From: an uncultured virus (IMG/VR IMGVR_UViG_3300033143_002397)
Lineage: Duplodnaviria > Heunggongvirae > Uroviricota > Caudoviricetes
Virus record (IMG/VR): IMGVR_UViG_3300033143_002397
Strand: one strand, 5' to 3'
Length of the DNA stretch: 64,000 nucleotides
The notes under the pieces are model-generated. The model saw only the letters and a program-made list of their open reading frames with translations. It did not search any database and was not told where the DNA came from. Shown piece by piece: positions 44,795 to 54,334 of the stretch (position 1 is the stretch's first letter; each line of letters opens with the position of its first letter). The translations under genes and the position numbers were made by a program.

Positions 44795-46188
44795 CAGTTA
44801 AGATCCTCGCCCCCGTCGTCGTCCGACTCAAGGTCCTCGACGCCGATCTCTCCCGAATCCTCGTCATCATCGCCGCTACCGAACTCTTCGTCGTAGTCCA
44901 TGGCGATGATGTCTGCCTCAGTGAGGTCCTCTTCCACCATGTCCGCAGCAGACCCGGACATCCGAGCCAGGACCTGGCCTCGAACCTCATTGAAGAGCTT
45001 CTTGCTATTTTGCAGATGCTTCCGCAACGACTCGCGACCCTGGAAGCGCTGCTCCCCGAAGGTGTACCAGGAGCCATCGCGGCGGAAGACCTTGTACCAA
45101 AGACCAGCGGCGATCATGCTGTAGAAATCGTCGATCCCCTCACCCCAACGAATGAAGATGTCGTGGGTGTGACCGTTCTTGAGATCGATCTTGTTCTTGA
45201 TCATCTTGATCTTGGTATGGCTCCCGAAGGGGATGCTCACCTCCTTGCCCGAGAGCGAGTCCTTGCGCTTGATGTACTCCTGCTTCTGCGGCATGAACTG
45301 GAGCCGGATCGTGCAATAGAAGCGTAGGGCCTTACCGCCTGGGGTCTTCACCGCACCCTTCTGCCTGTTGCCAATGTCATCGCGGGTCTGGTTGAGCAGC
45401 AGGATGGGGGCGCCGTCAGGATTGCGCTGTCGAAACTTCTGGCTGTCGATCCAGTTGACCAGCTTGGGCAGGTTGCGGCCCAAGACACGAGGCAGAGGAC
45501 CCATGCGCCCCTCCTTGCTGATCTTGGCCTTCATTTCCTCTATCGGGACCATGGCCGCGACCGAGTCCACCACGATCAAGCTGACGCCTGCCTGGAGGGC
45601 GATGTAGATGATCTCGATCCCCTCTTCGAGGGTGTCGGGCTGGTAGAACAGCAGCTTGTCCTCACGGAAGGACACGCCCAACTTCTCGGCGTAGGGCCGA
45701 TCCAAGCAATGCTCGTAGTCGAGGTAGAGCGGGATACCTCCCTTCTTCTGCACCTCGACCACCGCGTGCAAAGCAGCCGTGGTCTTACCCGATGCCTCCG
45801 GACCGAACAGCTCGATGAGCCGGCCACAAGGGTAGCCGGGGCAGATACGATCCTTGCCGTTGCTGGAGAGGTTGCCGCCGATGAGGTCGTTGATGGCGAA
45901 GCTGCCGCTGTCGATGTGAGGCTTCTGCCCCATGCTTAGTTTGATGGGCTTCTGCTTGGTCTTCTGAAGAACCACCTTGCGGGTCAAGGCCGCAATGTCG
46001 GCGGCCGTCTTCTTCTTTTTACCCTTGGCCGGAGCTTTCTTGGTGGTGGCTTTCTTGGCTGGAGTCTTGGCTGGAGTCTTGGCTGGAGTCTTGGCTGGAG
46101 TCTCGCCGGGAGTCTCGGCGTCGGGAGTCTCGGCTGGAGTCTCGGCTGGAGTCTCAGCGTCGGGGGTCTTCTTGGTGGCAGGGGACAT
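44794..46188 (-). CDS. recA: RecA recombinase with a repetitive N-terminal extension
   Basis: ELFGPEASGKTT, QPDTLEE, VVDSVAAM, NQTR, TPGGKALRFY, KNK. Confidence 0.93.
   Translation of the reverse strand: MSPATKKTPDAETPAETPAETPDAETPGETPAKTPAKTPAKTPAKKATTKKAPAKGKKKKTAADIAALTRKVVLQKTKQKPIKLSMGQKPHIDSGSFAINDLIGGNLSSNGKDRICPGYPCGRLIELFGPEASGKTTAALHAVVEVQKKGGIPLYLDYEHCLDRPYAEKLGVSFREDKLLFYQPDTLEEGIEIIYIALQAGVSLIVVDSVAAMVPIEEMKAKISKEGRMGPLPRVLGRNLPKLVNWIDSQKFRQRNPDGAPILLLNQTRDDIGNRQKGAVKTPGGKALRFYCTIRLQFMPQKQEYIKRKDSLSGKEVSIPFGSHTKIKMIKNKIDLKNGHTHDIFIRWGEGIDDFYSMIAAGLWYKVFRRDGSWYTFGEQRFQGRESLRKHLQNSKKLFNEVRGQVLARMSGSAADMVEEDLTEADIIAMDYDEEFGSGDDDEDSGEIGVEDLESDDDGGEDLN
46057..46166. repeat. 12-bp degenerate tandem repeat (GGCTGGAGTCTY) encoding TPAE/TPAK
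   Basis: Read directly in the recA 5' end. Confidence 0.9.
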
Positions 46189-46874
46189 CAGGGGGCCTCA
46201 CGCGAAAAGGTGACGGCGACGTTCACGTCGCTGGGGTCGAGCAAGGAGAACTGGAAGAAACGGTCGTCCTCTCGGAAGACGAGACCCTTCTTCACGACCT
46301 GTCCGGCTCGTGCCCCTTTCTGGAGTGTGCGAGTACGTGCAAAGGAGTGCTTCTCAGAATGAGTCAGCTCGTCCTCGCACAAGTGCCCCTTCTGGAAGTC
46401 CCAGAAGCGAGCGGCCGAGCGGCCGACGATGAACGCATCGGCCTCGTTGTGGTTCCAACTCTTGATGCCGGTGTCCGCCTTGGCGGCGTCGATCATGTCC
46501 CTCTTATCCATGGTCCCTCGCCTGATGCGATTGTCCATCTTGGCCAAGAGCTTCACAGTCAGAGGATCGAAGAAGACTACGTCCTTGCGACGGAGGAAGA
46601 TGGCTTCGAGCACGTACAGGAAGAGGCCATAGAGACCCTCGCTGAACTGCTCTCCGAAGGGCGGAGACTCGACCCCGATGGCTTCCACCTCCGGGAACTC
46701 ATCGAGCAACCTCCCCACGGACTCGCGCAAGAACATGTACCGCCAGACGAACACCTGCTTGGTAGTTGTCGCCCATACGCCCTTGGCGATGACCCTCCCT
46801 GGACCAGCGACATCCGACCGGTGAACACACCAGCCGAACCCAGTCAAGCTCGGGTCAAGACCAAGGGCGATCAC
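46188..46874 (-). CDS. RuvC-like Holliday junction resolvase
   Basis: LGLDPSLTGFG, GVES, VK...DK..M, HNEADA. Confidence 0.8.
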   Translation of the reverse strand: MIALGLDPSLTGFGWCVHRSDVAGPGRVIAKGVWATTTKQVFVWRYMFLRESVGRLLDEFPEVEAIGVESPPFGEQFSEGLYGLFLYVLEAIFLRRKDVVFFDPLTVKLLAKMDNRIRRGTMDKRDMIDAAKADTGIKSWNHNEADAFIVGRSAARFWDFQKGHLCEDELTHSEKHSFARTRTLQKGARAGQVVKKGLVFREDDRFFQFSLLDPSDVNVAVTFSREAP

Positions 46875-46882
46875 ACCCCGAC

Positions 46883-47737
46883 CTAGACGTTTTCCAGGAT
46901 GTCGTCGAACTCGTCGTCGCTCACGTCTTCGCCGACCTCACCACCGAGGCCCAGCTTCATCTTGAGGTCCGCAGTCGACAGCTCACGGAAGGGGTTCAGG
47001 TCCTTGAAGAGCTTCACCGCTTCCGCCAGGACCTTGTCCCGGAACTTGTCGCTCTTGAGCCACACACCTCGACCAGCGCCATCGATCTCGAAGTTCTGGA
47101 AGTCAGTGTTGGTGCATTTCAGCGCCAAGTCCTGCGTGGCAATCGCCAGCTCGTTGGACTTCAATCCAGCAGCGACCTGGTGCAACCGTCCGTACACCTT
47201 GCCCGAGAACCGCCAGGGCTTGACGACCCAACCTTCCGTGAGGCGCGTCTTGTCGATCTCGCCCTCTCGCGTGGTGGGGTAGATAAGCAGGACCGTCGTG
47301 AAATACTTCTTCTGGTCCCCCATCATCGCCCAAACCTTGTCGCCCTCCTTGCCGTCCTTACCCAGACGGGAGACGACATAACCGACACCCTCCTTGTAGT
47401 GGGCGTAGAGCTTGCGGAACTGAATCCGACGCAGGTCCAGCTTCTCGTGGTCGCCAAGCTGATCGGGCGCCTTCTCACGTTCCTCGCCACGCTTGGCAAG
47501 GGCCTTCTTGCCTACCTCTAGTAGAGCCTCACGCTCGATCTCAGGGTTCTTCTTCTTGGCCGCCTTCATGGCGGCGATGTCGATGGGGTGGAAGTAGATA
47601 AGTGCCGCACGATACGTGTTGCCCTTCTCTCCCTTGAACCACTCCTGCCGATCCTGGGCAGCGTGCTTCTTGTCCTCAGGCTCCAGGCCCACGTCGTCGT
47701 CGAAATCGTAGTCACCAAAAACGTCGTCTTCACTCAT
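46883..47737 (-). CDS. putative single-stranded DNA-binding protein (gp32-like)
   Basis: Next to recA/ruvC; aromatic beta-rich core and acidic tail DDEFDDILENV; start refined to ATG47737; motif A at 47821-47828. Confidence 0.6.
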   Translation of the reverse strand: MSEDDVFGDYDFDDDVGLEPEDKKHAAQDRQEWFKGEKGNTYRAALIYFHPIDIAAMKAAKKKNPEIEREALLEVGKKALAKRGEEREKAPDQLGDHEKLDLRRIQFRKLYAHYKEGVGYVVSRLGKDGKEGDKVWAMMGDQKKYFTTVLLIYPTTREGEIDKTRLTEGWVVKPWRFSGKVYGRLHQVAAGLKSNELAIATQDLALKCTNTDFQNFEIDGAGRGVWLKSDKFRDKVLAEAVKLFKDLNPFRELSTADLKMKLGLGGEVGEDVSDDEFDDILENV

Positions 47738-47831
47738 TGTCTCGTAACTCCAGTTAGGGTCGCCCCGATCCCACAAATCAATGGAGGTGGGCCAGCGCGA
47801 TCAATCTCACGAGGGGTACATACACCAGCGG

Positions 47832-48905
47832 TCAGTTGTCCTTGTCCATTTCTGCGAAAATGTCGGAGAAATCTTCGTCGTCATCAAGGAAGCTTGCGAT
47901 GTCGGGATCTTCAGGCTCATCCTTCGCTGGAGCGACCTTCTTGGCCGGCTCCGGAGGGACCTCTTCAGTCTCACCAAATAGGTCTGCTGCATCGAGCCCA
48001 GGGTCCGTCTCGGGCTCGTCCTTCGCTTCGACGAAGGGCTCCTTGTCGGCCTTCTTGGCTGGCTCCTTCTCCCCATGACCCTTGGGGCACACTAGCCCCG
48101 TCTCGGTCTCCTTCTGGGGAGAGCCACAGACGCTGCACAACAACGAATCTGGATCGCCCAAAGCGACATCATCATCGAGGTCTTCGAGGTCTCCCAAAAG
48201 GTCATCCTCACCGTAGGGCTCGGGCTCATCCTCGGGCTCGGCCTCGGGCTCAGGCTCATCCTCGGGCTCGGCCTCGGGCTCATCACTGGCTTCGTCCTCG
48301 CCCTCTTCCTCGCCCTCTTCCTCACTAGCTTCAGCTTCAGCCATGAGGCGGTCAATCTCTTCCTCGTCGATGTCTTCGTCTTTGGGTGGTTGACGCCCCC
48401 AGGTAGAGCCTCGGGATTCCTCGCCCTCATCGCCGTAGAAGGACCCTGTCCTCAGCTCCGTCTGAATGAGGGTACGTTGGAGCCGGATAGCGCTCATCGT
48501 CTGCTCCAGCTCTCGGTGCCGATGCCGGATAGCCTTCTCGACGTAGCCTATGTCGTTGACACGCTTCTCCAACAGCAGGGTCTCTTCACGCTCTGCCCGA
48601 AGGATGAGGTTGATCATGGCCTCACGGTCTCGAATGGCCGGTAGCCTCGTCACCCGCTTATCACCGGCAAGCAGCTCATCGGAGCTGATCTGGAAAGCGA
48701 CCCTCTTACCCCCAAGGTCGGACTCCAGATCCGCTTTGACCTTGAGCACTCGCTGGAGGTAGATCCCCGTGTTGTTGAGGTACCCTCGGACCTTCGAGAT
48801 GGAGTTCTGGAGGTACTTAGGCCCCTTGGCCGAAGGATCGGGGTCCAGCTCCACAACAAAGTATGGGAGCCTCTCGTAGATCGCCTCAATGTCCGCGGGA
48901 GTCAT
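47832..48905 (-). CDS. coiled-coil protein with acidic tail and zinc ribbon
   Basis: Helical N-half, EPE repeats, CSVC...CPKGH. Confidence 0.75.
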   Translation of the reverse strand: MTPADIEAIYERLPYFVVELDPDPSAKGPKYLQNSISKVRGYLNNTGIYLQRVLKVKADLESDLGGKRVAFQISSDELLAGDKRVTRLPAIRDREAMINLILRAEREETLLLEKRVNDIGYVEKAIRHRHRELEQTMSAIRLQRTLIQTELRTGSFYGDEGEESRGSTWGRQPPKDEDIDEEEIDRLMAEAEASEEEGEEEGEDEASDEPEAEPEDEPEPEAEPEDEPEPYGEDDLLGDLEDLDDDVALGDPDSLLCSVCGSPQKETETGLVCPKGHGEKEPAKKADKEPFVEAKDEPETDPGLDAADLFGETEEVPPEPAKKVAPAKDEPEDPDIASFLDDDEDFSDIFAEMDKDN

Positions 48906-49273
48906 TCGTCGTCACCACCGTGCTTGAGCAGGTTCGCAATGTTGGCGTCGTAGCCGTCCCTGATGATCCTGGCTTCCTGGTTGGCCGCCGAGGCTGTCAT
49001 GGCCTTTCGACGAACGGCGTCCCGGTAAGTGACCATGGTGACGTGCTTGGATAGCAGGCACTCCACGATGGCTACATCATCGGTGCCCCACGGGTCGTTC
49101 CCCCTCCGAGAGACTGTGGCCGAGAACATGGTCCACCTCTTCCGACCTTCACTATCCCGCCCCTCGACAGAAAAAGCCTGGGACAGCTTGTCGAACTGAA
49201 TCTCAGCCTCAAGACGCTGAAGCCTCTCCTGCTGCGTCGGAGTCAGCGGCTGCGTCGGATCCTTCTTGCCCAT
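48902..49273 (-). CDS. hypothetical protein
   Basis: Motif A 10 nt upstream; ATGA overlap downstream. Confidence 0.75.
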   Translation of the reverse strand: MGKKDPTQPLTPTQQERLQRLEAEIQFDKLSQAFSVEGRDSEGRKRWTMFSATVSRRGNDPWGTDDVAIVECLLSKHVTMVTYRDAVRRKAMTASAANQEARIIRDGYDANIANLLKHGGDDE

Positions 49274-51458
49274 GACCCTTCTCTACACCGGCAGCGAGGC
49301 TCGTCGTGACAGCTTTTGAGAGGGCCGTGTTGCGCTTGACGACCTTGTTGTTCCGCACAGCCCGCTCGATGGCCGCGTCCTCCCCAATGAGCCACACCTT
49401 CTTCCGAGCCCGTGTCACCGCCGTGTAGAGCAAGTTACGCTGAAGCATCTGGCCCTGAGAGCGAACCACGGGCAAGATGACCGTGTCGAACTCCGAGCCC
49501 TGGCTCTTGTGGACGCTCACAGCGTAGGCCAGGCAAAGCTTTTCTTCAGCAGCCTCGTAGGAGAACGTCACCATCGTGTCGGGATCGGTCTCGCCGAGGC
49601 CATGGATACGAACCTCCAGCTCATCCCGAGTGATGCGGACGAGCTTGCCCATATCGCCGTTGTAGACCCCCCGCTCGTAGTCATTCTTGACGACCATGAG
49701 CCTGTCCCCGAGGCGAAAGTGCTGAGCCCCCCGCTTCCACTCACGACCCCCCGAGGGATTGAGCCTGTCCCGCAGACGCTCGTTGAGGTTGTCGACCCCT
49801 ACGTCGCCCGCGTACTTCGGCGAAAGGATCTGGAAGTTGGCGTTGCGGGCCTTGAGCTTCGCAGCCATCTCGACGATGAGTGTCACGATCTTGTCGTCAT
49901 CCGAAAGCCGGATGAACCGGAACTCCGTGTCCTTGTCGTCCGTCTCCAACGTGGGGATCTCACCGCGGTTGATCCGATGGGAGTTGAGAACGATCTCGCC
50001 CTTCACAGCCTGGCGGAAAATCTGAGTGAGCCTCACGTTGGGCACGCTGTCGCAATCGACCAGCTCCCTCAAGACGTTCCCCGGACCGACCGACGGGAGC
50101 TGGGCATCGTCACCCACTAGCACGAGAATGGTGTCCGGCCGCAGAGCGCTCAAGAGCCGGAAGAGCAACTCCTGATCGACCATGCTGACCTCGTCCACGA
50201 TGACCGCATCCACGACATAGCGGTTATGGGTATTGACGCCCCACTCGTTGCCATCGTAGCGAAGAGCCCGGTGAATGGTCGAGGCCGCGTGGCCCGTGAC
50301 CGACGACAGCCTCTTGGCTGCGATCCCCGTCGGAGCCATGAGGGCGAAGGACACTCTGGCCTCTTCAAACAACCGCACCAGCACACGGACAGCCGTCGTC
50401 TTGCCGGTCCCTGGTAGCCCGGTCAACACAAGCACTCGGTCGTTCGCCAGCTGCTCCACTGCCCGACGTTGGTCCTCGGACAGCGTAATGCGGTTCGCCT
50501 TCTCGTAGCGCTCCAGGAAAGGGTTGAGGTCTACGTCGATGTCCGCCGGTGCCAGAAGCTTCGCGAGCATGGTCGCCGACTCGCGCTCGTAGTGGAAGGC
50601 GTCGGGCAGATAGATCCCCGTCCCACTCTCAAGCACAACAGCCTTTCGCTTGGCCAAGGACCGAAGAGCGTTCACGAACTCCTTCTCAGGCAACGGGAGA
50701 AGCGAGTTGCGGTCGAACAGGTCCGCAGCCATGGTCGGGACCTGGCTCCGTTTGAAGTATAGGTGCCCCTGCTGCGCACCTTCACGGAGAGTCCACAAGA
50801 TGCCTCCAGCAGCTCGCCGGACATCGTTTGGCTTGAGCCCGAGCTTCATAGCCAGGCGATCCACCTTCCCGAAGTCCCGCAGCACTTCCATCAAACGATA
50901 GGGGTCCTTCTGGATGATGGAGGCGGCTTCCATGCCGAAGCGAGTCATGGCTGCTTGGATGTTCGCAGCTCCCAGACCGCCCGTTTGCAACAGGCCAGAC
51001 AGATCCCGGACCGCAACAGCTCGTTCCCAGCCCAGGATGGCCCCCTGGAGGACCTCAGGGTCAAACCCCAGGGGTAGCGCCCCCACCACCGCCTCAGAGC
51101 CCTCAGCGAGCCGTGAGAAGACTTCGTCCCCCAGGCTGGCCACCTGTTCGGCCAGCTCCCGATTGGCAAACCCGTCGACGCACGTGTGAAGGAACATCTC
51201 GACAGCCTCTGCGTCCCGAACCCAAGGCTCCCAGGACTGGATGGCGAGCTGAGGTCCAAACTTCGGGTGCCGGCGCATCACCCCCGTCAACGTGATGGGG
51301 ACCTCAGGCTTCACCTGGATGAGGCCGTAGAGGGAGCCTCGACCCACGACAGCCTTCTGGGTCGCTTCCTCGAACAGCTCCAAGATGTAGTAGTCCCCCT
51401 TGCAGTAGATGACCCGCCGAACCCAACCCGTGACTGAAATCGTCTTCGTAGACGCCAC
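49209..51458 (-). CDS. recD2: RecD2-like SF1B helicase
   Basis: N-terminal OB/HhH region (HPKFGPQ, DPYRL), GLPGTGKT, APTG, DEVSM, GDDAQLPSV, HKSQGSE, YTAVTRA. Confidence 0.92.
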   Translation of the reverse strand: MASTKTISVTGWVRRVIYCKGDYYILELFEEATQKAVVGRGSLYGLIQVKPEVPITLTGVMRRHPKFGPQLAIQSWEPWVRDAEAVEMFLHTCVDGFANRELAEQVASLGDEVFSRLAEGSEAVVGALPLGFDPEVLQGAILGWERAVAVRDLSGLLQTGGLGAANIQAAMTRFGMEAASIIQKDPYRLMEVLRDFGKVDRLAMKLGLKPNDVRRAAGGILWTLREGAQQGHLYFKRSQVPTMAADLFDRNSLLPLPEKEFVNALRSLAKRKAVVLESGTGIYLPDAFHYERESATMLAKLLAPADIDVDLNPFLERYEKANRITLSEDQRRAVEQLANDRVLVLTGLPGTGKTTAVRVLVRLFEEARVSFALMAPTGIAAKRLSSVTGHAASTIHRALRYDGNEWGVNTHNRYVVDAVIVDEVSMVDQELLFRLLSALRPDTILVLVGDDAQLPSVGPGNVLRELVDCDSVPNVRLTQIFRQAVKGEIVLNSHRINRGEIPTLETDDKDTEFRFIRLSDDDKIVTLIVEMAAKLKARNANFQILSPKYAGDVGVDNLNERLRDRLNPSGGREWKRGAQHFRLGDRLMVVKNDYERGVYNGDMGKLVRITRDELEVRIHGLGETDPDTMVTFSYEAAEEKLCLAYAVSVHKSQGSEFDTVILPVVRSQGQMLQRNLLYTAVTRARKKVWLIGEDAAIERAVRNNKVVKRNTALSKAVTTSLAAGVEKGHGQEGSDAAADSDAAGEASAS

Positions 51459-53398
51459 TACTCGTGCCCTACCATCTGGAGGAAGCTCTCTTCGGAGATG
51501 CAGTCGGTCCCGGCCTTTCGAGCCGCTTTGGCCTTGGTCGTACCCGAGGTCGGATCCGCCATCACGAGGTAGGTCAGACCCCTCGTGACACTCTTCTTCA
51601 CGTTGCCACCAGCCTCTTCAGCCAAGCGGATCAGCTCGACTCGCTTCATGGTGCTCTTGCCCGTGAAGCAGATGCTCTTGCCCGTGAGGGCTCCCGTCGC
51701 TCGCTCCTTGATCTCGATACCCACAGCGACCATGTCGTCGATCAAGTCCCAGTTCTTGCTCAACCACGCACTGAGGGCCAGGGCTCGCTTCGGACCGAGC
51801 CCTGGAGTCTCCATCAGATTGGGGCCACTGGCGATGTTGCGGAACTTGTCCAGGGAGCCCCAGCCGGCATCCACCAAGGCCGTCATGGTGGACCGACCGC
51901 ACAGAGGAATGCCCAGCGAGCCCAGGAACATCTCCAAAGGCATGGGAACGACCTTCCACAGCTCGTCAATGGCGTTCTGGGCAGAAGCCTCACCCATGCG
52001 CTCCAAAGCAGCTAGATCGTCCCGCTTGAGACGGTAGAGGTCGGGCACAGACTTGACCAAGCCCTCGGTGACGACCTTCTGGATGAGGACTGCACCCCAC
52101 TCCATGATCCCCTGCTTCTGCACCCAAGTCTTGATGCGGCCCTCGGTCTGGGCCGGACACCCGCCGACGTTGGGACAGATGACATACTCACCGTCTCGCT
52201 CCGTCTCGGCCCCGCACTCAGGACAGACAGCCGGCGGCTGGGACACCTCCGCAGCTTTGCCCGAGACGGACACAACCCGAGGGATCACATCGTTGGCCCG
52301 GCTAACAATGATGCTCGCTCCAATGCCAAACCCGATCTGCTCAACATACTTCTGGTTATAGAGGCTGGCCCGGCTGACCTCAGCCCCGAGGATGCGGACC
52401 GGCTTGAAGACGGCCACCGGTGTGATGCGACCCGTACCACCGACCTGGTCGATGCGGTCGAGGGCGACCGTCTCTCGGGTGATGGCCGTGAACTTGAACG
52501 CCACCGTTCCGAGTGGCCGGTCGTGCTTCTCGCCAAGACTCCACTGGTAGGCCAAGGCGTCGAGACGAATCACGAGCCCATCGATCTCGTAGGCCAGGTT
52601 CTCTCGAACGCTCTGCTGGTAGTCGACCCAGATGTCCTGCGGCGTCTTCATCCCCGGAGCCATCGCCGAGATCCGCCAGGGCGGTACCATGAACCCCATC
52701 CGCTCCAGGAACTCAAACTGCTCCTTTTCGGTCGTGAAATCCGGGCCTTCGAGCGCCTGATACATCAACACCGTGAGGTGCTCCGAGCCTCGGCCGTCGA
52801 GCCGTTTGGCTGTCCCACTCGCAGCGTTGCGAGGGTTGGCCATGTCCGGGAAGTGTCGCTTGAGGTCATCCTTGAACAACAGGATCTCGCCACGAGTCGT
52901 CACCGAGATGGGCTCGGGCAGCGTCTTCAGCACCCCCTTCATGCGTGCAGCATTCGGAGTGATGTCCTCACCCGTCTCGCCGTCACCTCGCGTCAGGGCC
53001 TGGATGAACTTGCCGTCCACGTACCGAAGACTGACGCTGATCCCATCCAGCTTCTCGGTGATCAACAAGCGCTCGTAGGAGAGCCCTCCCAAGGCGCCCT
53101 TGCTCCGGGTGATGGCCTGCACCCAAGAGGTCATCTCGTCGAGCGTCTGGACCTTGGACAGACTGCCCATCGGGATGAGGTGAGCTACCTTGGGCCACGC
53201 CGAGACAGGAGGGGCTCCGACGGCTGTGACAGCGGTACTGTCCTCCTTCAGCTCCGCCAGCTCGTCCACGAGGGCGTCGTATTCCTCGTCAGAGATGGTG
53301 GACTGAGCGTTGTAGTAGTCGTGACGAGCCTGAGCAATCCGCTCTTCCAGCTCATCGACTCGGGCCTTGTTGGCCAGCTCCATCAATTCGGTCGACAT
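51458..53398 (-). CDS. ligA: NAD-dependent DNA ligase
   Basis: YY...SDEEYD, EKLDG, TRGDG, RGE, NPRN, IDGLV, zinc finger, HhH, BRCT. Confidence 0.95.
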   Translation of the reverse strand: MSTELMELANKARVDELEERIAQARHDYYNAQSTISDEEYDALVDELAELKEDSTAVTAVGAPPVSAWPKVAHLIPMGSLSKVQTLDEMTSWVQAITRSKGALGGLSYERLLITEKLDGISVSLRYVDGKFIQALTRGDGETGEDITPNAARMKGVLKTLPEPISVTTRGEILLFKDDLKRHFPDMANPRNAASGTAKRLDGRGSEHLTVLMYQALEGPDFTTEKEQFEFLERMGFMVPPWRISAMAPGMKTPQDIWVDYQQSVRENLAYEIDGLVIRLDALAYQWSLGEKHDRPLGTVAFKFTAITRETVALDRIDQVGGTGRITPVAVFKPVRILGAEVSRASLYNQKYVEQIGFGIGASIIVSRANDVIPRVVSVSGKAAEVSQPPAVCPECGAETERDGEYVICPNVGGCPAQTEGRIKTWVQKQGIMEWGAVLIQKVVTEGLVKSVPDLYRLKRDDLAALERMGEASAQNAIDELWKVVPMPLEMFLGSLGIPLCGRSTMTALVDAGWGSLDKFRNIASGPNLMETPGLGPKRALALSAWLSKNWDLIDDMVAVGIEIKERATGALTGKSICFTGKSTMKRVELIRLAEEAGGNVKKSVTRGLTYLVMADPTSGTTKAKAARKAGTDCISEESFLQMVGHE

Positions 53399-53440
53399 CC
53401 CTTCTTCTCTACACCGGCGAAGGGATTGATCGGACAGCTT

Positions 53441-54073
53441 TCAGCTCTCACCACCCCCGATAGTGCCGACTCCCATGACTCGGCCGCCGCCCTGTTCCTC
53501 AACCATCTTGGCGAGCTTGGCCAGGTCTTCGAGGCTCACGAGGGTGAACTTGACCTTCTGACCCTTGAGGGCCTCGAAGGCTGCGAGGATGTCGAACGAC
53601 TCGGACTTGCCTTCCACGCCGGTCATCCTGATGACGTAGCGGTCGGTCATGGGGTCTTGCTCGACCGTGCCCTCTTTGAGATGGCCCAAGTTGAAGGGAT
53701 TGCTCATGATGATGCTCCTGGTCTTGCGGTCCTTGTGGCCCCTGAAGTCTGACCACTCACCCTTGTGGTTGCAGGTGAGGCATAACACGTAGCTCAAGCG
53801 AGGGGAGTCCATGGTGGGCTTGGTGCCCTCGGGGATATCGTAATGCCCAGAGAACACGACTCGCGAGCTGCCACAGAGGGGGCAGCCGTAGGGGGCGTCG
53901 TCGTACTCGGGCACGGGGCCGTACTCGTCCTCGCGGTGCTCATCCTCATAGCACTCGTAGCAACCACCATCCTGGGGCTCCTTCTCCAGCACCACAGGGC
54001 AGTCATCATGGTTGTACTTACAGCCATGGATGACACAGCAGTGGGAGGCACAAGAGGCGTGGTTGTCGTCCAT
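53441..54073 (-). CDS. Cys-rich protein with probable internal start at 53707
   Basis: HCCVIHGCKY...CP, CYEC, CPLC, CLTC; SD AGGAG before in-frame MSNPF. Confidence 0.7.
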   Translation of the reverse strand: MDDNHASCASHCCVIHGCKYNHDDCPVVLEKEPQDGGCYECYEDEHREDEYGPVPEYDDAPYGCPLCGSSRVVFSGHYDIPEGTKPTMDSPRLSYVLCLTCNHKGEWSDFRGHKDRKTRSIIMSNPFNLGHLKEGTVEQDPMTDRYVIRMTGVEGKSESFDILAAFEALKGQKVKFTLVSLEDLAKLAKMVEEQGGGRVMGVGTIGGGES

Positions 54074-54091
54074 GCCTCTGATCTACACCGG

Positions 54092-54334
54092 CTAGTCCTC
54101 GTCGGGGTCGCCCAGGAAGATCCGCATGATCTTGATGGCCTCGATTCGGGCCAGCTGCTTCACGCCCTCGGGCAGCTCTGCGTAGGAGCCCAACTGCTGG
54201 CTCCACTGCTCGACCTGCTCCCTCGGGATGGTCACCGACCCGTCGTCGTTCCGGGTGGACTTCTTGAGCAACTCCCCCGCCCAACTGGCCCACGCCTCAT
54301 GGGCGTAGGCCGCCAACTGCTCGTTGGCCTTCAT
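54092..54334 (-). CDS. hypothetical protein (80 aa)
   Basis: ATGA overlap with the nrdJ stop; MKANEQLAAYAHEAW. Confidence 0.75.
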   Translation of the reverse strand: MKANEQLAAYAHEAWASWAGELLKKSTRNDDGSVTIPREQVEQWSQQLGSYAELPEGVKQLARIEAIKIMRIFLGDPDED

